Assembly (NCBI GenBank): GCA_900318885.1 | Contig: ONMN01000001.1 | Span: 93,068-157,067 of the forward strand | Direction of reading: 5' to 3' | DNA: 64,000 nt | Source: an uncultured Prevotellaceae bacterium | GTDB lineage: Bacteria > Bacteroidota > Bacteroidia > Bacteroidales > Bacteroidaceae | Part shown: positions 51,201 through 60,650 of the stretch, one piece after another | Numbering within the stretch: position 1 is the first letter of the stretch | Layout: each line of letters begins with the position of its first letter | The notes under the pieces: generated by a model | The model's database searches: none | The model's input: the letters and a program-made list of their open reading frames with translations, nothing else | What the model was told of the DNA's origin: nothing | Position numbers and translations under genes: made by a program

Positions 51201-52242
51201 CGATAGTCTTGCCAGTACCATCCTTCAGCGTCAATATCAAATCATAGAGGTTGGGAGTCTCTGCACTCCATAGCCTTGGAGCCGTCACATTCATGTTGAG
51301 ACTGAGTTCTGATGTCTGAGCGTTGAAAGAAGCAGTTTTTGAGGCAATGACGGTTGAGCCATCCATTATTTTTGCCTCTACTGTACCATCAGTTTCTGCA
51401 CCAGCAATGCTGACCTTCACATTGGCTTTTGCATTTACGTATTGATGATCCAGGTCAGTGGTAAAGAAATAGTCACGTATCTGTGTCTTTGGAGCCGCCC
51501 AGATAAAGCAGTGGCGCTGAATACCTGTCAGGCGCCAATAGTCCTGACACTCTAGGAACGATCCGCTGGTGAAACGATATACCTGCAGGGCCATCACATT
51601 GTCGCCCTCAATCAGATATTTCGTGATGTCAAATTCAGCAGGCACGTATGAGTCCTCACTATAGCCTACGCGCTGACCGTTGACCCACAGATAAAAACCG
51701 TGACCCACACCATTGAAGCGCACATACACGTTATGTCCTGTCAGACAATCGCTCGTTATATTGAAATGCTTACGATAAGTGCCTACAGGATTGGGCATGC
51801 TACTGTTGTACTCAAACCAGCTCGGGCGCTCGGCCATCACGCTATAGTTCGACTCGTTAAACGAGAACGGATAAGCCACGTTGCAATAGAGCGGCTTGTC
51901 CCAAGACTTATTATGTTTCAGACCCCAAACCTGCCAGTTGGAGGGTACGTCGATATCTGTCCAAGAGGCGTCGTTATAGTCCTTCTCGCACATATTCGTT
52001 GTGGCCAACGACGGCTTTTTTACCCAATTGAATTTCCACTTACCATCAAGCGACTGATAGTAGGGCGAGAGTGTCAAATCATTCTTTACCACATCGGCCT
52101 CGCTGGTCATAGGCAAGGCTCCCGTATGGGACTTCTCCCTGTTTACATGTGATATACTGGGGTTATCCCACTCTTCGCCCGTCTGGGCATTTACAACACT
52201 CATCCAAGCAAGTGCTGCCAGACAAAACACAACTTTCTTCAT
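48277..52242 (-). CDS. GH2 beta-galactosidase with FN3-like and CBM32 (F5/8) domains, T9SS cargo
   Basis: GVNRHD, RNHPCIFIWSFGNE, CENSHSMGN, AFDGKNDTFWHT, CTD VYDLNGRK. Confidence 0.92.
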   Translation of the reverse strand: MKKVVFCLAALAWMSVVNAQTGEEWDNPSISHVNREKSHTGALPMTSEADVVKNDLTLSPYYQSLDGKWKFNWVKKPSLATTNMCEKDYNDASWTDIDVPSNWQVWGLKHNKSWDKPLYCNVAYPFSFNESNYSVMAERPSWFEYNSSMPNPVGTYRKHFNITSDCLTGHNVYVRFNGVGHGFYLWVNGQRVGYSEDSYVPAEFDITKYLIEGDNVMALQVYRFTSGSFLECQDYWRLTGIQRHCFIWAAPKTQIRDYFFTTDLDHQYVNAKANVKVSIAGAETDGTVEAKIMDGSTVIASKTASFNAQTSELSLNMNVTAPRLWSAETPNLYDLILTLKDGTGKTIDIRGSKVGFREVGIRNDGALIINGKRMVFHGVNRHDFSPVNGRAITDEEIEEDIKTMKRLNINAVRTSHYPNDPIFYDLCDKYGLYVLAEADVECHAHQKLSSLSLFRPAMVERSENHVLTHRNHPCIFIWSFGNESGNGNNFQYVANAIKALDKTRLTHYEGNSDYADVSSTMYASYETINYIGSSQHNRPHIQCENSHSMGNSMGNVRDMFDLYENYPCLTGEFIWDFKDQGLLTKSSSGQEYWAYGGDFGDNPNDGNFCINGLVHPDWSYTAKTYNTKKIYQPLEFSAVSGKTNVFRMKNKLAFLSSSIYDVSYSIVDEEGHDYMSGTISDDIAAGETKNITIDYLTSSYFSIIPPEKEVFINFTAKQRENTAWADAGYVVAEEKLPVKTATKPMKDLTFANNNALTVEETDAVVDVSGANFKATFTKNKGTLTGYSLDGVQMMSKALQLNAFRLPTDNDGSKKATWDSMGLRSLSTTGKGTDTKVTKADDGKTVIVSMKSTYGNSSNTFDVSLDFIVCADGTLMVNSFIRPQNSGAILPKLGFKLEMPKEMEQLMWFGRGPWDNYRDRKEACLPGIYQSTVTNQYEEYILPQEHGTKQEVRWMSVTNNEGQGLLFVAPDQMAASAVHFRPEDNYTNKDTRKKHTYQFVRCDNTVVNLDAATRGLGNNSCGPDVMDKYELKAANTAFRFFIIPLKAGNDVAAIARVDMPVCQPVSCERQSNGRIKMSTPTKNATIYYSINGGDYQKYTDPLIQNDACTINTYCTGENLMDSPVMTYDFDLYINKSAWKLVSADSQHSGNEARLAFDGKNDTFWHTEWGSVEPACPHTIVIDMASEYKVTAITYLSRQDGNQNGMVKNFEVYLSNDGSTWGSPVVSGQFKNTTSQQVTKLTTPTMGRYLKFVAKSEINGNAWTSAAEIGIQVESDHTAIGQVKTDYQQNTAAVYDLNGRKMNGQLAQQPKGIYISNGRKIVK

Positions 52243-52344
52243 ATCTTTAGTATTATTCATTCAATTAGGTTTTATGATTTTGCCACAAAATTACTAATAA
52301 TTTCTTAAACGAGCAAGCAATGCCCTGTTTTTCTTATAAAAACA

Positions 52345-52382
52345 TTCGCCCTGACATCCTTCTTAGTGGATATCAGAGCGAA
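52345..52382 (-). terminator. Hairpin downstream of the third LRR gene
   Basis: ttcgccctgacatcc / ggatatcagagcgaa, with a T-rich run beyond it on minus. Confidence 0.6.
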
Positions 52383-52417
52383 AGTTATAATTGTACCTTA
52401 TGTTTACGGAAATGTTG

Positions 52418-53725
52418 TTACTTCACAACAATTTTCTTGGTAGTACCATCACTCATCTTTATGATGTTAAAGCCACGCTGAGGCTGATTGATACACTTGC
52501 CATCAATGGTATAGCACTCAATAATCGTAGGCTGTTGTGTGGCTGTTGTCGATTCGATTCCAGATGGATCAGTCAGAGCAACGATATTTCCAAAGCCCTT
52601 CCATACTTCAGCATTGCTATATGCATCAACAGAAACTGCAGGCACATGAAGAGTGGCATTTCTGAAATTGGAAGACATGAAAACTGCGTCAGCTAATTTT
52701 GGTACTTGCTCTGCATAGCAATACATGTCTGTCAGTTTTTCACAAAAAGTGAACGCCCAGTCTCCAATGGATGTCAAATTCCCAGATAATGTGACAGAAG
52801 CAAGATAACGACAACCGCTAAATGCAAGGTTTCCAATAGTTGTTACGTTATTGGACATTTTGATAGAGGTCATGCCACATCGATAAAAGGCATAATCGCT
52901 AATCCTTGTCACATCCTCTCCCAAAATATATTCTTCAACAGAGCTGTTGAAGAACGATCCGATGGAAAAACCATTTTGGCTATTATAGTTGTTATTTGAT
53001 GCTATAGCATTACTGTTTATTTCTACTTTTTTCAGATTGGTGCAAGAATTAAACATCCATTCTTCTAAGTTTGTTATACCTTTACCAATATACAGATAGG
53101 TTAGTCCAGTGCAACTGCTTATAATACCACGCTCTATAGTGGTTACAGCATCAGGAATCACGAAGGAGGTTAAACCAGTACATCCCTCAAACGCTGATTT
53201 TTCTATGGTTGTAACACTACTTGGTATAACAATAGAGGTTAGCCCTATGCAATTCAGGAATGCACTATTTCCAATAGTTGTGATACCATCGGGAATAGTT
53301 GAGGCCGAACATCCATAAATAACCTTGTTGCTGGCCGTCTCAATGAGCGTATTGCAGTTTTCACGAGAGTCATAAACGGGATTACCTTCCTCTACAACGA
53401 TTGAGGCCAGGTTTGGACAACCATTGAAAAGTTCTTTTCCTAATGATGTCACACTATTGGGAATAGTTACAGATGTCAGTTCAGAACAGTTTGCGAAAGC
53501 ATTTGCTTCAATACTCGTTACGCTATATTCTACTTCATTCCGAGTTACCGTTGATGGTATCACAACATCTCCAGTATATTTCTGGCCGTGGGCCCAACGT
53601 GCTACTTCAGCTGTCTTTGTAGCACTTTTAAAGTGGTAAAAGATACCATCAATCTCTATGCCTGTTGCAGCACTCGCAACCAATGGCAGCAGCATAAATA
53701 CCAATAAAAATAATTGTTTCTTCAT
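52418..53725 (-). CDS. BspA-type leucine-rich repeat surface protein, T9SS cargo
   Basis: TpLRR repeats; signal peptide; CTD YTIDGK...GTTKKIVVK. Confidence 0.92.
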   Translation of the reverse strand: MKKQLFLLVFMLLPLVASAATGIEIDGIFYHFKSATKTAEVARWAHGQKYTGDVVIPSTVTRNEVEYSVTSIEANAFANCSELTSVTIPNSVTSLGKELFNGCPNLASIVVEEGNPVYDSRENCNTLIETASNKVIYGCSASTIPDGITTIGNSAFLNCIGLTSIVIPSSVTTIEKSAFEGCTGLTSFVIPDAVTTIERGIISSCTGLTYLYIGKGITNLEEWMFNSCTNLKKVEINSNAIASNNNYNSQNGFSIGSFFNSSVEEYILGEDVTRISDYAFYRCGMTSIKMSNNVTTIGNLAFSGCRYLASVTLSGNLTSIGDWAFTFCEKLTDMYCYAEQVPKLADAVFMSSNFRNATLHVPAVSVDAYSNAEVWKGFGNIVALTDPSGIESTTATQQPTIIECYTIDGKCINQPQRGFNIIKMSDGTTKKIVVK

Positions 53726-53895
53726 GTTCTTCTAAATGTGTTTATTCTTTTTCGGGCTGCAAAGGTAGTAATAAATGAGGATAAAACCAAATAAAACCCT
53801 ATTTATTTGTTGAAATCTATTTAAAAAGAGTGGTAATCAGTGTTCTTCTAATGAGAGCGGCTTGGTATTGACAAGAGAGCTCCGAGAAGAAAATG

Positions 53896-53936
53896 CTTTA
53901 GTGCCGTGTAAAAAGGTCTTTTGTACGGCACTAAAG
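53896..53936. terminator. Strong hairpin downstream of the transposase (terminator or element end)
   Basis: ctttagtgccgtgtaaaa / ttttgtacggcactaaag. Confidence 0.6.
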
Positions 53937-53959
53937 GGTCGTTAAGCTCAAGGTAAAGA

Positions 53960-54043
53960 TAAAACTGTGTCGATGTTTGTTAAAACAACGCCATCGTTTG
54001 ATAAAACAAAGGCATTGTTTAATAAAACAGTGACAATGATTAA
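53960..54043. repeat. 21-bp x4 satellite, same family as 22036..22119
   Basis: taaaac at 53960, 53981, 54002, 54023. Confidence 0.8.
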
Positions 54044-54082
54044 TATTTTAGTAACCGTTATACTTGGATAAGGATTTACTAA

Positions 54083-55126
54083 TTAAGAGCAAATAGTAAC
54101 AGCAATGTTGTTCAGTTGGATGCATCGTTGGCGCATGTTGTCTATCTTTTCATTCTGATATGGGTAGGGAGAAAGCATGAGCAGACGCCCTTCTGTACAG
54201 GCTTCGAGGTATTTGGGTTGAGGCTTGAAAAACGGAGAAAAACCTTTTAATAGCAGGACGATAAGGGGAATGCGTTCAGTAAGGGCAGCTGTTGCAATTT
54301 GCTGTTCGCCAGGACTGATGCAGGGTGAAACGAGAATAGCTCCTTGGTCGTGTGCTTGATATAGCATGATGTCTTTTTGGTGTTCGATTTCTTCTAGTGT
54401 AAGGCGGCGAGAGCATTGGATCTGTAGCTTCACAGGGTTGTCGAGAAGGAAACGGTTTCCTACGGCTTGCATTTGGATGCCTGCTACATTAATGGTACCA
54501 AGACGTGTGAAGTATTCTGGGTGCTGGCGTTTCAAGAGCAAACGACGTGGGTTATCTTCAAGATAGGCAAACATACGCTCTAATTGGCCTTTGTGCATCA
54601 AGATGCGGTCGTTGTAATTAGGTTCCCATAATTTTCCGTGAGTCCGGCCAGCAGCAGTGTGCCTGGATTTCTTTTCCTGTTCAGATAAAGCAGGATACAG
54701 GGTCTGCATAATACCCAGTTCTCTGGCTGCTTTGCGGGTACCTATCTTGAAGCCTTCGATTACTTTACCAAGTGGTTTCTCCATCTTTTCCTGAACGAAC
54801 AGAATGCCGTGGATATGGTCTGGCATGATGCACAGCTTCAGTATTTTTACCTTTGGATGGAAAGAAGGTATTAACATCCAACATTCCTTGACTTTTTCAC
54901 CCATAGCAGATAGTGTGACCTGTGGTATTCTGTCCCCTTCTGTTACTGTAGGTTCTCCATGCAGTGTTCCCAGCAATGGTTTTCGTCCTTCTATGGCCAT
55001 AGTTATCATATATATTCCCCTATCAAAGTAGTCGTGCCCTTCCATACGGCGTTTCATGGAAGGTTTCTTGGCTCCAGCGTATTTCTCCCATTTCTTTGCT
55101 GGAGTTTTGTCGTTCTTTGTTTCCAT
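54083..55126 (-). CDS. RAYT/Y1 HUH transposase-like protein with extra C-terminal domain
   Basis: RR..HDY...GIYMITM, MPDHIHGIL (HUH), LWEPNYNDRI, catalytic-Tyr motif AYLEDNP. Confidence 0.85.
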   Translation of the reverse strand: METKNDKTPAKKWEKYAGAKKPSMKRRMEGHDYFDRGIYMITMAIEGRKPLLGTLHGEPTVTEGDRIPQVTLSAMGEKVKECWMLIPSFHPKVKILKLCIMPDHIHGILFVQEKMEKPLGKVIEGFKIGTRKAARELGIMQTLYPALSEQEKKSRHTAAGRTHGKLWEPNYNDRILMHKGQLERMFAYLEDNPRRLLLKRQHPEYFTRLGTINVAGIQMQAVGNRFLLDNPVKLQIQCSRRLTLEEIEHQKDIMLYQAHDQGAILVSPCISPGEQQIATAALTERIPLIVLLLKGFSPFFKPQPKYLEACTEGRLLMLSPYPYQNEKIDNMRQRCIQLNNIAVTICS

Positions 55127-55145
55127 ATCCTTTTTTGTTTAGTGT

Positions 55146-55164
55146 ACTGCGCTAATAGCGCAGT
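55146..55164. repeat. 19-bp perfect palindrome immediately upstream of the transposase
   Basis: actgcgcta-a-tagcgcagt. Confidence 0.65.
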
Positions 55165-55172
55165 TTACGTGA

Positions 55173-57938
55173 CTAATGGGCCTCGAGCCAGTTATCACCG
55201 AACCCGGAGTCGGCGACGAGGGGAACAGCCATGTGGAAGGCATTCTGCATTTCCTCGATGACGATACGCTCTACCTTTTCCTTCTCGTCAGGATAGACGG
55301 AGAAGTTGAGTTCGTCGTGTACCTGGAGAATCATTTTACTCTTGATATTCTCGGCCTTGAAACGCTGGAAGATGTGAATCATTGCCACTTTGATGATGTC
55401 GGCAGCAGTGCCCTGAATCGGGGCGTTGATGGCATTACGCTCAGCAAAACCACGTACTACGCTGTTAGCGCTGTTGATATCTGGCAGGTAGCGACGACGT
55501 CCAAATAGGGTAGTGACGTAACCTTGTTTTCTGGCTATTTCCTTGGATTTCTCCATGTAGTCGTGAACCTCTGGGAAGGTCTGGAAGTAGCCGTCAATCA
55601 GCATCTTAGCTTCATCGCGAGGGATATCCAAGCGCTCTGCGAGACCAAAGACGGTAATACCATAGATGATACCAAAATTGGCTCGTTTTGATTTAGTTCT
55701 TTCATCGCGTGTAACTTCTTCGATAGGCTTCTTGTAGATGTTGGCAGCAGTAGCAGCATGTAGGTCTTTGCCCTCGCGGAACACCTCAATCATGTTGGGG
55801 TCTTGCGATAGGTGAGCCATCACACGAAGCTCAATCTGACTATAGTCTGCAGAGAAGAACAGACAACCAGGCTCAGGAATGAAGGCCTTACGAATCTCTT
55901 TGCCGTCCTCGCCACGAATGGGAATGTTCTGCAGGTTGGGGTCTGAAGACGACAAGCGTCCTGTGGCTGTAATCGTCTGATTAAACGAGGTATGGATGTG
56001 ACCAGTACGAGGATTGATCAGCTTGGGAAGGGCATCGATATAGGTGCCGATGAGTTTCTTTAAGCCCCTGTGTTCCAAGATGTCAGCCACGATTTCGTGC
56101 TTGTTCTTCAGTTGTTGCAACACTTCTTCGCTAGTGACATATTGACCCGTCTTGGTCTTCTTGGCCTTCTCGACAATCTTTAGTTTATCGAACAGGATTT
56201 CACCCACCTGTTTGGGTGAGGCGATATTGAATTGTTCGCCAGCCAACTCGTAGATGCGAGCCTCTATTTCATTCATTCGAGCCGTAAACTGTTTGCTAGT
56301 CTCAGCCAATGACTGTGTATCAAGACAGACGCCATTCATCTCCATCTCTGCCAAGACAGGCATCAGCGGCATCTCTATATGATAAAAGAGGTCTTCGCAT
56401 TCGTACTTTTTCAGTTCAGGCTCCAACTTGTTCTTCAGCTGAAGGGTAATGTCAGCATCCTCACAGGCATATTCATAAACGAGGGTAGGGGAGAGGTCGC
56501 GCATAGAGCGCTGGTTCTTTCCCTTGGGACCAATGAGTTCATCGATATGGATGGTTTGATAGTGCAGATACACCTCAGCCATATAGTCCATGTTGTGACG
56601 AAGTTCGGGTTGGATGAGATAGTGTGCAATCATTGTGTCCCACATCGGACCATCGAGACGGATGTCATAGTTGCGCAACACCTCGAGGTCGTACTTCAGG
56701 TTCTGACCAACTTTGAGGATTTTGGGGTCTTCGTAGAGCGGTTTAAATATATTAACAATTTGCAACGCTTCTTCACGATTGGATGGAATGGGCACATAAA
56801 AGGCCTTGTGTTCCTCTACCGCAAAGCTCAAACCGACCAATTCTGCGTCGATGGCGGAGGTTGAAGTGGTTTCTGTATCTAGAACGAGAAAGTCTTTTGT
56901 CCTAAAAAAATCATAAAGTTGACGAATATCTTCCTCATTTTCAACGAGTTTGTATTCGTGAGCCACCGTTTTTAACGTCTCAAAACTCGAGAATTCCGGC
57001 CCGTTCGACCCTTCGGGCGCAAATTCTGCAAAGAGATCGAGTTGTTGATTAACAGGTTTTGGCTTTGTTTCAGATTTTTTAAGGATTTTACTTGCGAGGC
57101 TCTTCAACTCCAATTCTTCGAAGAGTTTGGCAAGTTCAATCTCGTTGGGTTGCGAAACCTTCAACTCATCCATCTTGAGTTCGATGGGCACATCCGTTTT
57201 GATGGTCGCCAAGAATTTCGAGAGTTTGATATCGTCGATGTGTTCCTCAACTTTTTTCTGAAGCGCGCCTTTGATTTCTGACGAGCGAGCAATGAGACTT
57301 TCAACTGTTCCAAATTCGTTGATGAGTTTCACAGCCGTCTTCTCACCAACACCAGGACACCCAGGGAAATTATCAGCCGAATCACCCATCAATGCCAAGA
57401 GGTCAATGACGGCTTCTGTCGATGGAATGGCATATTTTGCTTTTACTTCCTCAGGACCCATCACCTCATAACCACCTCCGTGACGAGGACGATAAATCTT
57501 CACATTCTCTCGCACCAACTGTCCATAATCCTTATCGGGTGTCAGCATATAGGTATCGATACCTTGTTCACCAGCCTTTGTGGCCAAGGTGCCAATAACA
57601 TCGTCTGCTTCATAGCCTTCGGCTTCAAGGATAGGAATATTCCAAGCCTTGAGGATGTTTTTTATGATAGGCACACTCTGCTTGATATCCTCAGGTGTCG
57701 CCTCACGTTGGGCCTTATAGGCAGGATAGGCCTCACTGCGGAATGTAGGTCCATGAGGATCGAAGGCTACACCCAGATGCGTGGGTTGCTCTTTGGTGAG
57801 TACTTCCTGCAACGTATTCAGAAAGCCCATAATAGCTGATGTATTCAGGCCTTTTGAGTTGATACGTGGGTTCTTGATGAACGCGTAATACGAGCGATAA
57901 ATGAGCGCATAAGCGTCTAAAAGGAATAGTTTTTCCAT
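55173..57938 (-). CDS. polA: DNA polymerase I
   Basis: 5'-3' exonuclease (EADDVIGT, GDSADN), LDTETT, ADYSQIELR, LQVHDEL. Confidence 0.98.
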   Translation of the reverse strand: MEKLFLLDAYALIYRSYYAFIKNPRINSKGLNTSAIMGFLNTLQEVLTKEQPTHLGVAFDPHGPTFRSEAYPAYKAQREATPEDIKQSVPIIKNILKAWNIPILEAEGYEADDVIGTLATKAGEQGIDTYMLTPDKDYGQLVRENVKIYRPRHGGGYEVMGPEEVKAKYAIPSTEAVIDLLALMGDSADNFPGCPGVGEKTAVKLINEFGTVESLIARSSEIKGALQKKVEEHIDDIKLSKFLATIKTDVPIELKMDELKVSQPNEIELAKLFEELELKSLASKILKKSETKPKPVNQQLDLFAEFAPEGSNGPEFSSFETLKTVAHEYKLVENEEDIRQLYDFFRTKDFLVLDTETTSTSAIDAELVGLSFAVEEHKAFYVPIPSNREEALQIVNIFKPLYEDPKILKVGQNLKYDLEVLRNYDIRLDGPMWDTMIAHYLIQPELRHNMDYMAEVYLHYQTIHIDELIGPKGKNQRSMRDLSPTLVYEYACEDADITLQLKNKLEPELKKYECEDLFYHIEMPLMPVLAEMEMNGVCLDTQSLAETSKQFTARMNEIEARIYELAGEQFNIASPKQVGEILFDKLKIVEKAKKTKTGQYVTSEEVLQQLKNKHEIVADILEHRGLKKLIGTYIDALPKLINPRTGHIHTSFNQTITATGRLSSSDPNLQNIPIRGEDGKEIRKAFIPEPGCLFFSADYSQIELRVMAHLSQDPNMIEVFREGKDLHAATAANIYKKPIEEVTRDERTKSKRANFGIIYGITVFGLAERLDIPRDEAKMLIDGYFQTFPEVHDYMEKSKEIARKQGYVTTLFGRRRYLPDINSANSVVRGFAERNAINAPIQGTAADIIKVAMIHIFQRFKAENIKSKMILQVHDELNFSVYPDEKEKVERIVIEEMQNAFHMAVPLVADSGFGDNWLEAH

Positions 57939-58027
57939 AACCATTTGTGAATTTGTGCGTAAAATTACTAATAAATTGTCGAATATCCAATTATTTTCAT
58001 TAATTTTGCATCAAAATAGCGTTAGAT

Positions 58028-59005
58028 ATGGATTATTTAAGCATCATTAAACAACCAATTCAGAAAGATTTGGACGATTTTATCGCACTTTTCAATAGTG
58101 CTTTGACTTACGACGATGGTATGTTAGGTTCTGCTTTGACTCATATTCGTCAGCGTGGAGGAAAACGTATGCGCCCCATTTTGATGATGCTGATGGCACG
58201 CAATTTTGGTGATATTAGTGACGTCACTCAGCATTCTGCCGTTGGTCTTGAATTGTTGCATACGGCTTCACTCGTTCATGACGATGTGGTAGACGAAAGT
58301 GACGAGCGTAGAGGTCAGGCGTCCGTTAATGCTTCCTATAATAATAAGGTGGCAGTCTTGGTAGGCGATTACATCCTTTCTACCGCTTTGCTTCATGTGT
58401 CGTTCACTGGTCATCAGCGTATTATTGAATATCTCGCTGAACTGGGCCGTACGCTGGCTGCTGGTGAGATTCTGCAGTTGTCAAACATTCAGAATCAGGC
58501 TATCTCTGAAGATGTGTATTATGATGTTATCAAGCAGAAGACGGCGGCTTTGTTTGAGGCTTGTGCCGCTATTGGTGCTATGTCTGGTGGTGCTACGCAG
58601 GAAGAGATGCTGAAAGCTAAACAGTTTGGTCAGAACTTGGGTATTATGTTCCAGATTCGTGATGATATCTTCGATTATTTCGATTCGAAGGAGATAGGCA
58701 AACCCACTGGTAATGATATGACTGAAGGTAAGCTGACGTTGCCAGTTATTTATGCCTTGAACAATGTTGACTTCGAATCAATGCACACATTGGCCAGGAA
58801 GGTAAAAGCTGGTACGATTAATCCTGATGAAATTGCAGTTTTGGTGGAGTTTACCAAACAACATGGAGGTATCGATTATGCTGAGCAAAAAATGGCAGAT
58901 TTTAGTAAGGTTTGTATGCAGTATATCGATGAAAACGTTAAAGAAAAGGCCATCAAGGAATCCTTGACGGCCTATGTGGATTACGTTGTTCAGCGCAATT
59001 ATTAA
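58028..59005 (+). CDS. Polyprenyl diphosphate synthase (IspB-like)
   Basis: GGKRMRP, HDDVVD..DERRG, FQIRDDIFD. Confidence 0.93.
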   Translation: MDYLSIIKQPIQKDLDDFIALFNSALTYDDGMLGSALTHIRQRGGKRMRPILMMLMARNFGDISDVTQHSAVGLELLHTASLVHDDVVDESDERRGQASVNASYNNKVAVLVGDYILSTALLHVSFTGHQRIIEYLAELGRTLAAGEILQLSNIQNQAISEDVYYDVIKQKTAALFEACAAIGAMSGGATQEEMLKAKQFGQNLGIMFQIRDDIFDYFDSKEIGKPTGNDMTEGKLTLPVIYALNNVDFESMHTLARKVKAGTINPDEIAVLVEFTKQHGGIDYAEQKMADFSKVCMQYIDENVKEKAIKESLTAYVDYVVQRNY

Positions 59006-59010
59006 ATAAG

Positions 59011-59038
59011 AAAAGCGACCCATTGAGGTCGCCTTTTT
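59011..59038. terminator. Bidirectional terminator
   Basis: aaaagcgacc-cattga-ggtcgccttttt between convergent genes. Confidence 0.8.
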
Positions 59039-59040
59039 GT

Positions 59041-59985
59041 TTAGAAGAATTTCACTTCCTTGCCTTCCAACTCGCTCAGCACGAGGTTAGCCAGACGACT
59101 GGTTCCCAGGCGGAAATAGTAGTTGTTGAGCCAATCTTCACCTAACACCTCCTTTACGATGGTGTAGTAGGTGAGCGCATCCATGATGGTATTGATACCA
59201 CCAGCAGGCTTGAAACCAACGCGGATACCTGTCTTCTGGAAGTACTCTTTGATGGCCTGACACATGACGTAGGCAGCCTCAGGGGTAGCACTGACTTTCT
59301 CCTTACCAGTAGAGGTCTTGATATAGTCTGCACCAGCATACATCGACAGAATAGAAGCCTTCTTGATGTTTGCGCAAGACCCCAGGTCGCCAGTCTCCAA
59401 AATGACCTTCATAGGCACGTCGCGACAGGTTGCCTTCTGTTCGCGAATCTCATCGCAAACGGTCTCATAGTCGCCTGCCAGGAACTCACCAACGTGCATC
59501 ACGATATCTACGTTTTTGGCACCGTCCTTGATAGCCAGAGCCGTCTCGGCAACTTTGATTTCCAATAGTGCCTGAGAGGATGGGAACGCACCACTGACAA
59601 CAGTTGGAATGACGCCTTCAACCTCACATGATTCTGCAACAAGTTTTGCGAAACGAGGGTAAGTAACGATGGTGGCCACGTGTGGCATATCAGGATATTC
59701 GTGAGCAAAATCGTTCACTTTCTCCACCAGTTTCAGTACACTTTCAGCTGAGTCCTGCGTCGTCAGCGTCGTCAGCTCAATAGATCCAAACATGAACTTT
59801 TTGACCTCAGGCGTGTCGTTTTCAGGCACCTTTTCAGCGATGATTTTCTTGACGGCTTCTTTCACATCTTCGTCTTTGATGTTGAAGTCGTACAGAGCCA
59901 AAGCCTGATCGTACATGCTCTCTAAATGCTGTGCATCGTCGTGATGATGCTCGTGGTTACAACCACAATGACAATGTTCTCCCAT
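59041..59985 (-). CDS. deoC: Deoxyribose-phosphate aldolase
   Basis: KVILETG, GADYIKTSTGK, GFKPAGGI, FRLGTS. Confidence 0.94.
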   Translation of the reverse strand: MGEHCHCGCNHEHHHDDAQHLESMYDQALALYDFNIKDEDVKEAVKKIIAEKVPENDTPEVKKFMFGSIELTTLTTQDSAESVLKLVEKVNDFAHEYPDMPHVATIVTYPRFAKLVAESCEVEGVIPTVVSGAFPSSQALLEIKVAETALAIKDGAKNVDIVMHVGEFLAGDYETVCDEIREQKATCRDVPMKVILETGDLGSCANIKKASILSMYAGADYIKTSTGKEKVSATPEAAYVMCQAIKEYFQKTGIRVGFKPAGGINTIMDALTYYTIVKEVLGEDWLNNYYFRLGTSRLANLVLSELEGKEVKFF

Positions 59986-60018
59986 AGTTTTAATTGGTTT
60001 TTGTTAATAAATAGATGT

Positions 60019-60366
60019 TTATTTTGTTAGTTTACTATTATTCTTATGACGTTCAGCGTCGCGTTTTGTCTTCTTTTCAATCGATTTTTTCAATTCTTCC
60101 GTCAAGTCAACACCCGTTTGATTAGCCAGACAGAGCAATACCCAAAGTACATCAGCCATTTCTTCGCCGAGTGCTGCCTGACCGTTGTCTTCCTTTCGCG
60201 GGTCTGAGGCTTTCCACGACTGGTCACCGTATTTGCGAGCCATCACGCGAGCCAGTTCGCCTACTTCCTCCGTCAGAACAGCCATATTGGTCAACTCAGA
60301 GAAATAACGCACTCCGTACGTCTTAATCCACTGATCTACAGCCTGTTGTGCTTCTTGTATCGTCAT
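60019..60366 (-). CDS. MazG-like nucleotide pyrophosphohydrolase
   Basis: LTEEVGELAR, EEMADVLWVL. Confidence 0.9.
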   Translation of the reverse strand: MTIQEAQQAVDQWIKTYGVRYFSELTNMAVLTEEVGELARVMARKYGDQSWKASDPRKEDNGQAALGEEMADVLWVLLCLANQTGVDLTEELKKSIEKKTKRDAERHKNNSKLTK

Positions 60367-60611
60367 CGTCTCATAATCATTTGTAGGAAAAGAAAACCGA
60401 TGGCAATCAACAAAATGATAATGTTTTGCCTATTCTCTCGTGCATATTCGTTCCAATGGAATGCCTTGTAGAGGAAGGAAACGAGCCACAACAGCAGACC
60501 CACACAACAGGGCCACATGCCAAAATTAGCGCCCCATATCCAAGAGCACACGATACCGATAATAACCAGTATCAGCCCTGATATTTCTATTTCTCTAAGA
60601 TATTTCTTCAT
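60363..60611 (-). CDS. Small hypothetical membrane protein
   Basis: Three hydrophobic segments; 4-nt overlap with the next gene. Confidence 0.7.
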   Translation of the reverse strand: MKKYLREIEISGLILVIIGIVCSWIWGANFGMWPCCVGLLLWLVSFLYKAFHWNEYARENRQNIIILLIAIGFLFLQMIMRR

Positions 60612-60625
60612 CGTTCTTTATCGTT

Positions 60626-60645
60626 TGTTGCGACTCAGTCGCAAC
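60626..60645. repeat. Intergenic copy of the 21-bp palindrome family
   Basis: tgttgcgact-c-agtcgcaac. Confidence 0.78.
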
Positions 60646-60650
60646 CATTA

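Noticed and set aside
44277-53725. LRR 3' ends as DGR template/variable repeats
   Set aside because: No reverse transcriptase in the window, all copies are coding, and the differences do not look adenine-restricted by eye.
54083-55126. Complete IS200/IS605 element
   Set aside because: No tnpB, the flanking hairpins do not resemble each other, and the motifs fit the RAYT branch better.
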